Of a DNA stretch of 64,000 nt, positions 15,708 through 34,479 are shown piece by piece. The notes beneath the pieces were generated by a model. The model was not told the origin of the DNA, searched no databases, and saw only the letters and a list, made by a program, of their open reading frames with translations. Origin of the DNA: Eledone cirrhosa (lineage: Eukaryota); assembly GCA_964016885.1 (NCBI GenBank), contig OZ024742.1, positions 109,616,001-109,680,000 on the forward strand, written 5' to 3'. The position numbers and the translations under genes were made by a program. Every line of letters begins with the position of its first letter. The first letter of the stretch is position 1.

Positions 15708-15920
15708 CGTTTCTGAATTTGTTTAGCAAGATTCTTTATCTGAAATCGTGTGTTGAAACCGATATTGTTATACTTTGGGAGGGTCATGTCGCCAATAAGA
15801 AACACACGCACCAGTTGCTTTCACTTCAATTTAATTTATTATATATTTATAAATTTACAAATTTATAAATTTCTGGTTGGTTGGTTGGTTCCACAACCAG
15901 ATAGTTGTTTATATATATAT

Positions 15921-15965
15921 AGTCATAGTTATTTCGTCACACACTCTGTGACCTCTTCAGTGACT
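15921..15965 (-). ncRNA. HHR motif, PLE1 left arm (stem III G>T change)
   Basis: agtca-CTGAAGA-ggtcac agagtgt gtgac-GAAA-taac-TA-tgact. Confidence 0.65.
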
Positions 15966-16248
15966 GGGGATTTCTTTCTTCGTTTCTGTGCCTTTCTTTT
16001 CTTCTATCCTACGCCATTTTGTTTGTGTGTGGGTTGCGTGCTCAGTTTGCGCATGCGCCACATCCGGGTGTCTGTGTGTGTTTGTGTTCATTTTTCTATT
16101 TTTCTATTTATATTTTTCTATTTGTTTGTTTATTTATTTATTTATTGTTGGTTGGTTGTTTGTTCTATGTGTGTGTGTGTTTTCATTTTGTGTGTGTTTT
16201 CAATTGTAAGTTGTTTGTTCTATGTGTGTGTGTGTTTTCATTTTGTCC

Positions 16249-16853
16249 TTAATTGTAAGTTGTGATGTTGCTGTTCCACTCATATTTTCTATTTAATTTT
16301 GGTTTTAATTCTTTTATGCTTACTGCCTCTGTAATTTGCCTAAACATTGCGTCTTTCTTGTGTGTGGATTCTATTTTTATTTCTATGCTCTCTATTTACC
16401 CCTGTGTTCTATCTTAGCATGTTGGTAGAGCACAGATGATTCTTTATTATCTTGGAGGTCTCGCCAGTGTTCATTTATTCGTTCCCCTATACTACGAGCT
16501 GTCTCACCTATGTACACTATATTTTTGTTTCTACATTGTCCTTCAGTACATCTTATGCTATATACTACATTTCTAGTTTTACAGTTAATATGGGGGCTTA
16601 TTTTACAGGTTATACATTTCTTATCTATACATGAGGGTCTTTGGAACGGGTATGTCTTGCTAATAAGTGTTTTTACGGAGGTACCAGGTCTTTCTACTAT
16701 CTTAATATTGAGATTATGTTTCTTTAGGGCCCTTCTAAATTTGTAGGCTAGTTCGCCTCTAGGGGTTGTATTGATGAACATTACACTCTGGTATTTATTG
16801 CTATCATACCATGAGTTTATTCTATTGGCCTTGTTCTTAGTTCTTTCTATTTC
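16249..16853 (-). pseudogene. PLE1 GIY-YIG endonuclease region, left-arm copy with 1-bp deletion
   Basis: Same peptide as the right arm plus the upstream NSWYD segment. Frameshifts after HRGK (tctatttacc versus expected tctaatttacc). Confidence 0.85.
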
Positions 16854-17409
16854 TAGCAATAAATACCAGAGTGTAATGTTCATCAATACAACCCCTAGAG
16901 GCGAACTAGCCTACAAATTTAGAAGGGCCCTAAAGAAACATAATCTCAATATTAAGATAGTAGAAAGACCTGGTACCTCCGTAAAAACACTTATTAGCAA
17001 GACATACCCGTTCCAAAGACCCTCATGTATAGATAAGAAATGTATAACCTGTAAAATAAGCCCCCATATTAACTGTAAAACTAGAAATGTAGTATATAGC
17101 ATAAGATGTACTGAAGGACAATGTAGAAACAAAAATATAGTGTACATAGGTGAGACAGCTCGTAGTATAGGGGAACGAATAAATGAACACTGGCGAGACC
17201 TCCAAGATAATAAAGAATCATCTGTGCTCTACCAACATGCTAAGATAGAACACAGGGGTAAATTAGAGAGCATAGAAATAAAAATAGAATCCACACACAA
17301 GAAAGACGCAATGTTTAGGCAAATTACAGAGGCAGTAAGCATAAAAGAATTAAAACCAAAATTAAATAGAAAATATGAGTGGAACAGCAACATCACAACT
17401 TACAATTAA
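16854..17409 (+). pseudogene. PLE1 C-terminal linker plus GIY-YIG endonuclease (Neptune-like; clade tentative)
   Basis: Cys-rich linker C-x4-C-x2-C-x7-C, NVVY..YIGET.R....R..EH, H...H, RQITEAV.I, LNRKYEW. No RT upstream (truncated). The N-terminus of the called ORF is palindrome-derived. Confidence 0.9.
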
Positions 17410-17692
17410 GGACAAAATGAAAACACACACACACATAGAACAAACAACTTACAATTGAAAACACACACAAAATGAAAACACACACACACATAGAACAAAC
17501 AACCAACCAACAATAAATAAATAAATAAACAAACAAATAGAAAAATATAAATAGAAAAATAGAAAAATGAACACAAACACACACAGACACCCGGATGTGG
17601 CGCATGCGCAAACTGAGCACGCAACCCACACACAAACAAAATGGCGTAGGATAGAAGAAAAGAAAGGCACAGAAACGAAGAAAGAAATCCCC

Positions 17693-17737
17693 AGTCACTG
17701 AAGAGGTCACAGAGTGTGTGACAAAAGAACTATGACT
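17693..17737 (+). ncRNA. HHR motif, PLE1 right arm (G12>A, probably inactive)
   Basis: agtca-CTGAAGA-ggtcac agagtgt gtgac-AAAA-gaac-TA-tgact. Confidence 0.6.
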
Positions 17738-17892
17738 ATATATATATAAACAACTACCTGGTTGTGGAACCAACCAACCAACCAGAAATTTATAAATTTG
17801 TAAATTTATAAATATATAATAAATTAAATTGAAGTGAAAGCAACTGGTGCGTGTGTTTCTTATTGGCAACATGACCCTCCCAAAGTATAACA

Positions 17893-23425
<5,533 letters not shown>

Positions 23426-23574
23426 ATATAAATGTAAGTATGTATGTATACGTACATAAATATATGTATACAGACGTACAGTAGTATGTATATATATACA
23501 TACATGCACACATATATACTCAGCCGTTAATATGCATAACGAAAGTATGTACTTTCAGACGTTCAACCATCTGG

Positions 23575-23633
23575 CAGGAAGGTATACGATGCTGACGATA
23601 GCTAATAAGCTTGAAACTAGTACATCGTTCCTG
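23575..23633 (+). ncRNA. Type I hammerhead ribozyme motif, fully intact
   Basis: cagga..acgatg-CTGACGA-t agct aata agct t-GAAA-ctag-TA-catcgt tcctg. Palindromic stem III and bulged extended stem I. Confidence 0.85.
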
Positions 23634-23754
23634 TGTCAGTGTTGAACAAAAAGGTGACGTGGTTGCATAAACTCTGTACGGCGTAATTCGGGCTGTTTGT
23701 TTGTTTAGAAACAAATAAACCGAGCATTATATTAAATGTTCGTTAAACCGATAC

Positions 23755-23801
<47 letters not shown>

Positions 23802-23807
23802 GTATAT

Positions 23808-23980
23808 AACGGAGGAAATGTGTTAAGGAACCAGGTGGACCATAACGCACCAAAGTACTCAATACTTAGGGTAGTAGAGTGGGTAATAGGAACGAGTAGG
23901 ACCGTTTCGACGGCTAATTCAGTCCAGAATTAGCCGTCGAAATGGCTTGAGCTCAGCCGTCGGGGTCCTACTCGTTCCTA
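23808..23980 (-). mobile_element. Family A copy with foldback
   Basis: taggaacgagtaggacc...ggtcctactcgttccta inverted arms around gaattag. Confidence 0.8.
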
Positions 23981-24930
<950 letters not shown>

Positions 24931-25170
24931 CATTTGCATAGTCAGCATTCGTTGATGACGTGGTTAATTAAATAATGAATATTTATGAAGACCATAATGA
25001 ATATTAAAAATCAAATTAAGAAGAAATACTTAGTTTAAATTATAACCATCGCTTGTAACCAAATGTCAATACATTCCGTTATATTCCCCAGAAAATGCTG
25101 TGATTGTCTATATATAATTACAAATATTTCATCAATAAACGCTGCTTCTATTTATTTGTTTATTAATAAA

Positions 25171-25192
25171 TTTTCTTTTTTTTTCCTTTCAG
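25171..25192 (+). promoter_or_regulatory. Splice acceptor (polypyrimidine tract + CAG) immediately before the GPCR ATG
   Basis: ttttcttttttttcctttcag|ATG. Confidence 0.75.
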
Positions 25193-26245
25193 ATGTCTTA
25201 TCAAAGGCGGACGTTGCCCCCTCCATACTATCCGTTTAGGTTTAACAAGACTTACCTAGACTATCGGTATCGGTACGATCAACAATATGAAACGAAAGAC
25301 AATGGACCGTTCAGTATTTTCGCCACCACTGCGGCCCAACCTTCAGACACTGTCATAATTACGGACCGCTCTATAGCTGGTTGTGTGTGTTTGCTCAACT
25401 TCGTTCTGCTGTTAGCCTTATGTTGTGTGAAGGCAAAGGACAAAAAACTTTTCCGGTTACATTTAGTGAATTTAACACTAATTAGTATATTCACAGGTGT
25501 TGTTGTATTAGCCTATGCCTTGTTCGAGAAGGTCCAAGGTGTAAACCGTTTTGATAAGTTGACTTGCAAAATATTCGCCTTTGCTAAGTCGGTCCTCAAT
25601 GACGCTTTACCTCTCTGCCTTCTCGAAATACACCTTGACCGCTTCTTCTGTTTGATATCTCCAGACACGTACCGACATCCGGTACATCGCGCAATTGGTG
25701 CCATCATGGTGTTCATGCCTTGGGTCGTTGGTATGGCAATGACCCTGCCTGAGGTCATATTACAAGAGGTCACGCTACCTCTTCCTAATGAACGCTCATT
25801 GTTCGGTTGTAAACTTAACGACTCTGCTAACATGTATCGTTTAACGCAGATAGTTCGTTACATTCCTAGTGGCCTAGTGGTCATCAGCTTTCTACTGACC
25901 CTCATTGCTGTCATTGTACTCCTCTGTCCACATTGCTCGCCAGACAGAGATGATCGGGGTTCTCTACTAAACTCAATGGTTGCCCTTCTTTTGGTCGATG
26001 TATTCTTCTTCCTTATGCAAATGATTACGCGAACCATAAGTTTAGTGGCAGCCATCTGTCCAACGGGAGTGTGTACACGAGGATATTTCTATAAAATTCA
26101 TCAATTATTACTTTCAAAATGGTTACATAGTGCTAATCCAGGTCTAAATCCGATTCTATGGTTGTGCGATCGAGATATTCGACGTGGTTATCAAGCCTTG
26201 TGCTGCCTGGAGTGTATTACCAAGAAGAAGAGACGTACGGGTTAG
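25193..26245 (+). CDS. Orphan rhodopsin-like (class A) G protein-coupled receptor, 350 aa
   Basis: Seven hydrophobic segments. TM1 Asn (LLNF), TM3 Cys and HLDRF (DRY-like), TM4 Trp, ECL2 Cys, TM5 Pro (YIP), TM7 NPILW, helix 8 and C-terminal Cys cluster. Uninterrupted ORF in unique sequence. The true start could lie in an upstream exon. Confidence 0.9.
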   Translation: MSYQRRTLPPPYYPFRFNKTYLDYRYRYDQQYETKDNGPFSIFATTAAQPSDTVIITDRSIAGCVCLLNFVLLLALCCVKAKDKKLFRLHLVNLTLISIFTGVVVLAYALFEKVQGVNRFDKLTCKIFAFAKSVLNDALPLCLLEIHLDRFFCLISPDTYRHPVHRAIGAIMVFMPWVVGMAMTLPEVILQEVTLPLPNERSLFGCKLNDSANMYRLTQIVRYIPSGLVVISFLLTLIAVIVLLCPHCSPDRDDRGSLLNSMVALLLVDVFFFLMQMITRTISLVAAICPTGVCTRGYFYKIHQLLLSKWLHSANPGLNPILWLCDRDIRRGYQALCCLECITKKKRRTG

Positions 26246-26764
26246 GCAGCTCAAACCGATTCTGCAAATACTGGCGTAAGTATTTACGTTTTTTTATATC
26301 GATAAATGACAAACCCAACACATATATATATAGAAGCATTTACCCAAGAATGTTATTGATAAATTCCAACCCAAGCTAAATGAACAATAATAATGCTTAA
26401 GGGTATTACTTCTACTATGACTACGCCTACAACCATGTCGACGAGCACCACTAACAACAACAACAAAAATAATAATAATAATAATAATAAAAGTGATGGT
26501 GATGTTGATGATTGCTGAAGATTTTTTTATAAAAACCTTAGAAAATGCTTCATCATTTCTAAAAATAGCAAAACAATTGATGCTTTGGATATGGTCAAAT
26601 AGAAGTCGTTAGACATGCTGAACAAACCGTGACGTCTAAACCAATCAGCTTTAGTAATCTAGTGAAACGACACACCGATTGGTTGAAATACAGTTTGCAA
26701 AACTTAGCATTCTGTAGCCCCTTTTTACTGTATATAAGGCACAGATTTTAGCCATCTCATTACA

Positions 26765-26955
26765 GTTGAAAATTGCAAACTTCACTGTCACCACTGAATA
26801 TGAACCTGAAGATTGCGAAAGCATGAAAGTACTTGTTCAATTAACATTTAACATTTAATATTCTACCATACTATTTCATTATAATATCATTATAATTTTA
26901 AAGGATTGTAAATAAAACGAGTAAATCAGACAAAGCTAGAATTCCTTTTATTAAT
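26765..26955 (+). mobile_element. Short HHR-bearing element (family H2) ending in (TA)n
   Basis: Near-identical to both arms of the 34480-34818 palindrome. Confidence 0.8.
26801..26839 (+). ncRNA. Minimal type I hammerhead ribozyme motif (family H2)
   Basis: tgaac-CTGAAGA-t tgc gaaa gca t-GAAA-gtac-TT-gttca. Confidence 0.8.
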
Positions 26956-27006
26956 ATATATATATATAAAGCTGCAATACTTATTGTCACCTTATATATA
27001 TAAATA

Positions 27007-27172
27007 CAGGTAAAATTCCGTTATAACGAATACCATTATAACGAATTTTTCAGTATTACGAAATGTTTTCAATCCTCGGCCACGCGCTCAATATGTTAGG
27101 TCAATCTCGTTAAAAAAATTTCATTACAACGAATTTTTTATACCCCGTTAATTTCGTTATAACGGAATTTTA

Positions 27173-27175
<3 letters not shown>
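27007..27175. mobile_element. MITE, Tc1/mariner-pogo type
   Basis: TIRs cag(g)taaaattccgttataacgaa / ttcgttataacggaattttactg, TA on both flanks, internal subterminal ataacgaa repeats. Confidence 0.85.
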
Positions 27176-27206
<31 letters not shown>

Positions 27207-27620
27207 CAATTCTACATCTCCACATCCATTGAGCACTCCCATGATTAGTGACCTCCCCGGTCTCAACACAGCAAACATATATATATATGTGTGTGTGTGT
27301 GTCTATATGTGTGTGTGTGGAGAGAGACAGTGAGTGAGAAAGAGATTCAGCCTTTTCAGATCTATAAATCTACGTTAGACTTTTTCAAAGTTTATTTTAC
27401 TCTCTTTTACTCTTTCACCAGTTTCAGTCATAAGAATGCAGCCATGCATTGCTTTGAAGAGGTTTAGTCAATTATATCGGCTCCAGTACTTATATTTTCA
27501 AGTCCATTACTTGTTATATCAATGTCATTTTTACAGGACATAAAGACAAATATAGACAAGGATATACACACATATACAACACCCAAGAGACACTCACACA
27601 CACACACATACATACATACA

Positions 27621-28030
27621 TGGTGGCTGCCAACTCGTTTTCAAGTACGGCCACTACTTTATATCCATGTAGGAAAACCCCTACCGATGCGCTGAACGGG
27701 TGTGACTTCTTAGTCCAGCCAGCGACTTGAAAATTCTGGTACAAACACTACACCTGTGACAATTATTGACACATAGTGCTGGGCCCATGGTACCATGTGA
27801 TGACAAGTGCAGGGAGATCTCCAGATATAAAGCAATGCCTGTGCCGTGAAGCTTTTATAGTGAGCAAAGGCACTGCACAAAGCCAGTCCCACTCTCTTAA
27901 CCAAGATGATATTTACCAAAAAGAAGAACAAGTCAACATCATTGGATACCATCAGGGTTGCAGGTGTTATATCAGAGTTTTCCTTCTCCTAGAATTCTGC
28001 CTTGACAAAGGCTAAGGGGTCATCTCGCCC
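27621..28030. mobile_element. (CATA)n-embedded repeat family B
   Basis: Highly similar copies at 35135-35700 and 55202-55613, all starting at the same base after (CATA)n. Confidence 0.85.
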
Positions 28031-28866
28031 ATACATACATACATATATACATACATACATACATACATACATACATACATACATACATGCATGCATGCAT
28101 GCATACATACATACATACATACATACATACATACATACATACATACATACATACATACATACATACATACATACATACATACATACACACACATGTAAAA
28201 TAAATCAAAGAACGCTTACATACTCAAACCTGTTTGAGTATGTAAGCGTATGTAAGCAGAAATTGTGAGCCGAACACCCTAACCACTAAGCCACGTAGAC
28301 CTGGCTCACTAAATGTCCCAATAGAAACCAGCGTGGAAAGGAATCTAATTGCTAATGTCGTAAGCTGTTGTTTATTAAACAAGCAGCGTCGATCGTATCA
28401 GAAGTCCTACATTCCAAAGAATACATCTTAATAGCCAATCTGCTTCGAAGCAAAGCCAGTTAACTCTATTCCTTGTCCTTTATTCTGTAATTCCGTAATT
28501 CTGTTTGCCATATTACCAGTAATTTAATTTTCAATATTAATTACTGTACTAATTGAATCAGATGGTATTGAATGTTGGGAAAAAAACTCTACAACTACAA
28601 AATAACAGTGACGAATCTTTATCTCTCGTAATGATCGTTGTTTTCATTGGCACAGAGCCATACATTTTTGGTTGGGGAAGTAAATCGATTGACTGCACTT
28701 CAGTACTTGTTGAAAGGACTTCGTATTTTATCGACCCCCACGTAAGAATAGAATATAAATGAAGCCTGGCGCGATTTGAATTCAGAACGTAAACTCGAGG
28801 TGTTATAAGCATGTTAAAACCTTGTAGAGCCCATCCCTCGCCAGGTGTGAACCCAACTGGTTTCTT

Positions 28867-28898
<32 letters not shown>

Positions 28899-28901
<3 letters not shown>

Positions 28902-28975
28902 TGAAAGTGGGTCTACCGCGAGCTCAGCGGTTTCGGCTAGTTAACTCTAGAGAAGAGGTAACTAGCCGAAACCTG
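28899..28975 (-). repeat. Short foldback containing an HHR 3' half, next to (TA)n
   Basis: Arms ggtttcggctagtta / taactagccgaaacc. Minus strand reads gcc-GAAA-ccgc tgagctc gcgg-TA-gaccc. Confidence 0.55.
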
Positions 28976-29374
28976 TGTCCATTGGTGCACTTGGATAAGT
29001 TACTAACTGCCGGTAGAAATCTTGAGATGCTTGGCTTCACAGAACTAGAAAAAGAACCACTAATTAGGAAGTTACAAGTACAGTTCGTTAATGGAACTGT
29101 AAAATTATGTAAACATTTCAGACATTTAACGTGCAATAATTACATGTACCCACACATAGAAACATATGTATATATGCACATATAATGTAAAACATACAGA
29201 TTGACACATGCAAGGAGCTCCTTGAGAAATACTCACTGCTTGATAACTACAATCTCACACGAAGAGCAATTGCACAGCAATACCGCAATGAATCTATGGA
29301 TGAAAAACTGCAAAAAAAACATGCATGACTATAAAGCTTCAAAGTGACAGTAATATAGACACACAAGGCAGTCT

Positions 29375-30275
29375 CTCTTCGAACAGCAACCGGAATACTG
29401 GCTCTCACTTTGAAGGATATGATTTTGAATCCAGGAATAGGAAATCAATACAAAATACCTAATGTACAGGGATGCAGGCAAAACATCTAGATGTAACCAC
29501 AAATACAGATTCTGCGAAAGAAACATCGACGATGTCACCCGTAACATAAGCAACTGCCCAAAGTTGACATCACCATACTATCTACTTATGAGACATGATA
29601 TAGTGGCTAAAACACCATACAATGCAATCCGTGGAAAGGATAACCCAGAGAATATACATATAAAAAATTACAGTGGTGTGGAAGACGCATGCATACATAA
29701 TATAAAAGAGTACTGCTGAAATGTTCCAGTCAAAACCCCAAAAAGATGCAAATATAACATACTAGATATACTGTTATGGGATATCAGCTGAAATCGGCTA
29801 GAAATCAGTGGAAATCAGCTGTCCAGAAGATGTCAATATAATTGTTTCTATTTTGGCACAAGGCCAGCAATTACCCAGTATATTACTGGTACTTTATTTT
29901 ATCGACCCCGTAAGGATGAAAGGCAAAGTTAACCTCGACGGGATTTGAACTCTTAACTTAAAGGGACGTAACTATGCTAGAAAGCATGGTGTCCAACCCT
30001 CAACCGATACTGCCAATTCCCCGCCCTATGAGATGTCAATATAATGTTATAGAAGATGTCAATATAATGTTATAGATTAACGAAAAGGAGAACATTTATG
30101 CTGAACTAATGAGGAATCTGCAGACACTCCACCCTTACTATACTTTTAGATTTGTATCTGAGATCATTGGAGCTCTTAGATATATTACCTGCCTCAGTAC
30201 AAATCTTGAGAAGCTGGGCTTTAGAGAACTAGAAAGGGCACGACCAGTTAGAAAGTTGTAAGTATAGTCCATTAA
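29375..30275 (+). mobile_element. R4/Dong-like LINE RLE fragment with inserted SINE
   Basis: DAGKTSRCNHKYRFC...NCPKL...MRHDIVAK matches 54165-54959. Contains stops. Confidence 0.85.
29843..30028 (-). mobile_element. tRNA-derived SINE family 1 (short form)
   Basis: Reverse complement of the 53346 copy. TSD agatgtcaatataat on both sides. Confidence 0.9.
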
Positions 30276-30621
30276 TGTGCTGGAGATGTGCAGTTGCATA
30301 TAACGCAATAATTTATTAGCAATAGCACTGAAATAGAGTTGAATATATTTATATATATTTACTTATAATATGTAAATATATTGTGAAAGTGCGTAGTTTC
30401 ATAGAGTATTCGGATCATCATTATAAGGAGAGACAGCGGACTCAATCCCATTAACCAACGGAAGGTTATGGTAGAAGACACTATGTGCCGCGCAGTTGAA
30501 TCAAACTGGAACTAAAAGTGCTAAAGAAACGAACTCTGGCACAGAAAGGAAAGGAACAAATCGCGCTGGCTGAGAAAATATTTTCTTAAAACAACACCTA
30601 TGCACTTTACATTATTTCTAC

Positions 30622-30737
30622 GGTCTGAGTTCAAATCCCGCCGAGGTTAACTTTGCCTTTCATACTTACGGGGTCGATAAAATAAAGAACCAGTAATGTA
30701 CTGGGTAACTGCTGGCCTTGTGCCAAAAGTAGAAACA
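30622..30737 (+). mobile_element. 5'-truncated SINE family 1
   Basis: TSD attatttctac at 30611-30621 and 30738-30748. Confidence 0.85.
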
Positions 30738-30764
30738 ATTATTTCTACTAGGATAAACTGCACT

Positions 30765-31600
30765 AACCTGTCTGTTCCAGAGAACTTCCTGTCCGGGAAC
30801 TATGGACAATTTCTAGAAGGCCCTGGCGGAGCGGCGTTATAGAAGGACGGCCGGAGTACTGCCGATTACTGACAAACTCTACAGTCGCGAAAATGATGTC
30901 AGATGGGTTTGTCCAAGATTCACGCAGAGCAATGAACCCGTTCTGCATGCACTTCTCCAGTGTCCATGCATTACTGATTTGTGGAGTTTTGTGGAACAGC
31001 TATTATCAGGTGTAGAATATATCTGACTATCGACCGACTCCATCGTGAAGATCATTCCACCGCAGTCTTTTTGCTGGGGAGGACAGCCCTTTTTTCTCTG
31101 TCTTGTGGCTTTAGCGAAAGAGGTTGTATGATGGACGAGGCTGAAAGGACTGAAGACGGACACTTTCCTCTTGTGCCAAGCCCTTAGCAACTTTTTCAAG
31201 TTCCACTTGGAAAGGAAGGTGGGGTGGAGAGAAAAGTGCTGCACACCCAGTACATTTGTTAAAAGGTGGGTGAATGTAGCGAGGATGGCTCGAGTGAATG
31301 GGCCTACCCTGAAAGTGCGCCTGTAGGCTGGAGAGTGTGGAAAGAGGAGGGGCACCCTCTTAGGCTGCTCTTGGAGTGTATGGTGGTTTAGGATCTGTGG
31401 GTTCCAAAGTCACACTTGGGTGGTACACCTACTGTTTGTGAGTTTTGTTGTTATGTATTTTGTTATCTCTTTTTTACTTGATTTTATGTAAACCCCCACT
31501 GTCCCTGTTTAAACCCCCACTGTCCCTGTTTTTGTATTGTCCTACATGTTTCGGTCCTTGTGGCCAATAACGAAATAATAATAACTATTATTACTATTGT
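30765..31600 (+). mobile_element. L1/Tx1-like LINE 3' fragment
   Basis: Degenerate CP....E.VLHALLQCP...LW zinc-knuckle region, homology to 61975-62420, AAT-rich tail. Confidence 0.7.
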
Positions 31601-32121
31601 TATTTTATTTATCTGTTTATTTATTACCTAACAGTTGCGATAATTCCTAGATACCTTTTTTTCAAATTCATCAATAGTTTTCTCAACTTCAAAGCTAACC
31701 ACGAATACGAAAGCTAAAATACTCTTTCAACTTGAAAGGCTGTGAATATTTTATGATCTGTAAATTGTGTGAATCCACAAACTTCCATCAATAGTAGTAA
31801 AACAAATTTATAACTACTTCTTTATTAATGCATATTCAGGTTGTTAAGGTTTAGTTTAGTTTAGTTCACTATAAGTAGCTACAAAACATGATTTATATAT
31901 TTTCTGGAAAATAGAATAATAAAATAAGACGCCATATATATAAAGGTGTCTTAAATAGAAAGATTAATAACTATTATTTATTTTTTAGTTATTTTATTTT
32001 ATATATGTATTTTGTTCAGCTGCAAAGGAAACGAAAAAAAGAACGTGTACTGAGTCATCGTAAGAGCCTTTACGTGGGCAACTGACCTGCTAGATAAAGC
32101 AGGTAAATCTACTCTATTAAA

Positions 32122-32275
32122 CAATTGTTTCTACTTTAGGCACAAGGACAGCAATTATTCCAGTGCCTTACTGGTACTTCATTTTATAGACCCCGTAAGG
32201 GTGAAAGGCAAAGTTAGCCTCGGCAGGATTTGAACTCAGAACGTAAAGGGACACAAAGCATGGTGTCTAACGCTA
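32122..32275 (-). mobile_element. SINE family 1
   Basis: Reverse complement of the SINE 3' two-thirds. Confidence 0.8.
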
Positions 32276-32604
32276 ACTAAGGCCATACAGTGAATGGTGT
32301 TGTTTTAGATACAGTAAAGAAGGCGAGACAACAAAGGATCCTCAATATAGTTGTTCTACTTGCTAGTAATAGGTTACATATTTATATATACGTTTATATA
32401 GTCACACATACACATGTATATGTGTGTGCGTGCGTGAGTTTGTGTGTAGGCGAGCGTATATACAAATAAAAATTATATACACACATACATATGTACATAT
32501 AAAAGCATACATGCATTCAAACATACTAACACATACATACACACGTGCGCATACACGCACATAAATATATGTTTGTTTATGAATATGGATGTATGTATGT
32601 GCGG

Positions 32605-32902
32605 TGGGAGTGAAGGACCCCTAGCTTTTGTCAGGGCATTCTTATAGGAGAAGGCAACTCAGGAAACTGGGATAACTCCGATATAAAACCTGCAGCTCAG
32701 TAATTACCAATGATATTGATCTTTCTTCATTTCGGGTTATAGCTACTGTCGCTCAGAGAGTGGGATTGGCTCAGTGCACAGTCTTTCCTCACTTTAAAAA
32801 ATATCTTCATGCACAGGCATTGCACGATAGAATTAAGTAATAATTATTAATAATGGTATATCATGCAATGGCCATACTCGATAACGAGGGGGTAGCCATC
32901 AT
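32605..32902. mobile_element. Repeat family C (relative of B), inverted relative to 53266
   Basis: Reverse complement of 53266-53765 without the SINE insert. Confidence 0.85.
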
Positions 32903-32942
32903 ATGTGTATGTACGTACGTATTTATGTATATTTATGTGTAT

Positions 32943-33160
32943 GTTCTTCTGGTTTTATAATTTAAAAAAATGTTTACCAACAGAGAGTGAGTCGGTTTCT
33001 AACATGTACACAAGACTCTCTCATTGGAATTTACCCAACATCAACTAGGTAGATATGTATGTATGTCTGCATGCATGTGTGTGCAGGTATGGATCGTATT
33101 GTCTGTGTGGATGTGAATGTTTTGAGTTGTATGTGTGCAAGTGCATATTGTTTGTATCCG
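32943..33160 (-). mobile_element. R4/Dong-like LINE 3' UTR
   Basis: Reverse complement of 54990-55176. Confidence 0.75.
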
Positions 33161-33520
33161 TACATGTATATATGCAGTTATTATATGTATGTAGGTATTT
33201 ATGTATTTATGTATTTATGTATGTATGTATATGTGCGTACGTGTATGCGTGTGTGTTTCCAAATATATAATATTAAATTCTCAGCAAATAACCTATATTA
33301 AATAGAATTACAAAATCTATGATATTAAGGTTATGAGGATTAAATAACATTTCAAAATTTATTCCAGCTGGTTTCTGGTAAAGAAGTCGCTATGTGTAAT
33401 TAGGTTTTATAGAGATAATCTTCTCCATAAAGTTGGCGAATCTGATTAACCTGTCTTTTGATACTGAGACCTTCTCCGAACTCTTGTATTTAATGCTGAT
33501 TGAATCCCATCCATAAAAAA

Positions 33521-33569
<49 letters not shown>

Positions 33570-33603
33570 TTAGAGCAATCACGGGCGCTCTATCTCAAAA
33601 TTA

Positions 33604-33639
33604 TTTTTGAAAAGCATTAGAAATGCGCAACCGGTAAAA
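33604..33639 (+). ncRNA. HHR-like motif with U3-A8 core (A13>C, degenerate)
   Basis: ttt-TTGAAAA-gcat tagaa atgc-GCAA-ccgg-TA-aaa. Confidence 0.55.
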
Positions 33640-33847
33640 CCTTAAAACTAAAACTGAATACTAACCAATACTTATTACTAATTTTTACTTATTCCTAATT
33701 AAACTATTTTTCATTGGGAACAATTTGTCAGCATTTTCTTTTCCTTTTACCAATATATCACAACTCGTGTGTCACACCTCTATTCTTTTAAATATGAGTA
33801 CTTTGGTGCGTTATGGTCCACCTGGTTCCTTACCACATTTCCTTCGT

Positions 33848-33880
<33 letters not shown>

Positions 33881-33891
33881 ATATATTTATA

Positions 33892-33930
<39 letters not shown>

Positions 33931-34080
33931 TTATATATATATATATTTATATATTTATATATATATATATATATATATATCCCTTTTCTTTCAACCAATG
34001 ACCTCCAACCATCCCACTCCCCACCCTCTCCTACCACCTGAAAAGATATAAATACCACAACATTTATTTTGGACACCCAG

Positions 34081-34127
34081 ATTCCTGATGATTTCTAAAG
34101 AATGAAACAGTTCTAGTCCTGTAGAAT
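34081..34127 (+). ncRNA. Type I HHR motif (family H1)
   Basis: attc-CTGATGA-tttc taaa gaat-GAAA-cag ttctagtc ctg-TA-gaat, followed closely by (TA)n. Confidence 0.8.
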
Positions 34128-34242
34128 TAAAACCTATATATGTGTATGTATGTATATATATATGTATGTATATTTATATATATATATACATATGTATGTA
34201 TGTATGTATATTTATATATATATATACATATGTATGTATATT

Positions 34243-34355
<113 letters not shown>

Positions 34356-34369
34356 ATATATAGAGAGAG

Positions 34370-34442
<73 letters not shown>

Positions 34443-34479
34443 TACACAGGTGTGTATGATTGTGTATAGAAGATTATAT

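Noticed and set aside
16771-16853. Signal-peptide-like hydrophobic N-terminus on the GIY-YIG ORF
   Set aside because: It is the antisense reading of the left arm and spacer, created by the palindrome junction.
15762-17896. Palindromes as assembly or amplification foldback artefacts
   Set aside because: Arms differ by substitutions and indels, outer ends recur at the same element positions in separate loci, and polarity is consistent. Not fully excluded without reads.
27710-28015. Near-identical 64-80 aa ORFs repeated three times
   Set aside because: They reflect recent copies of repeat family B, have no domain features, and are truncated in one copy.
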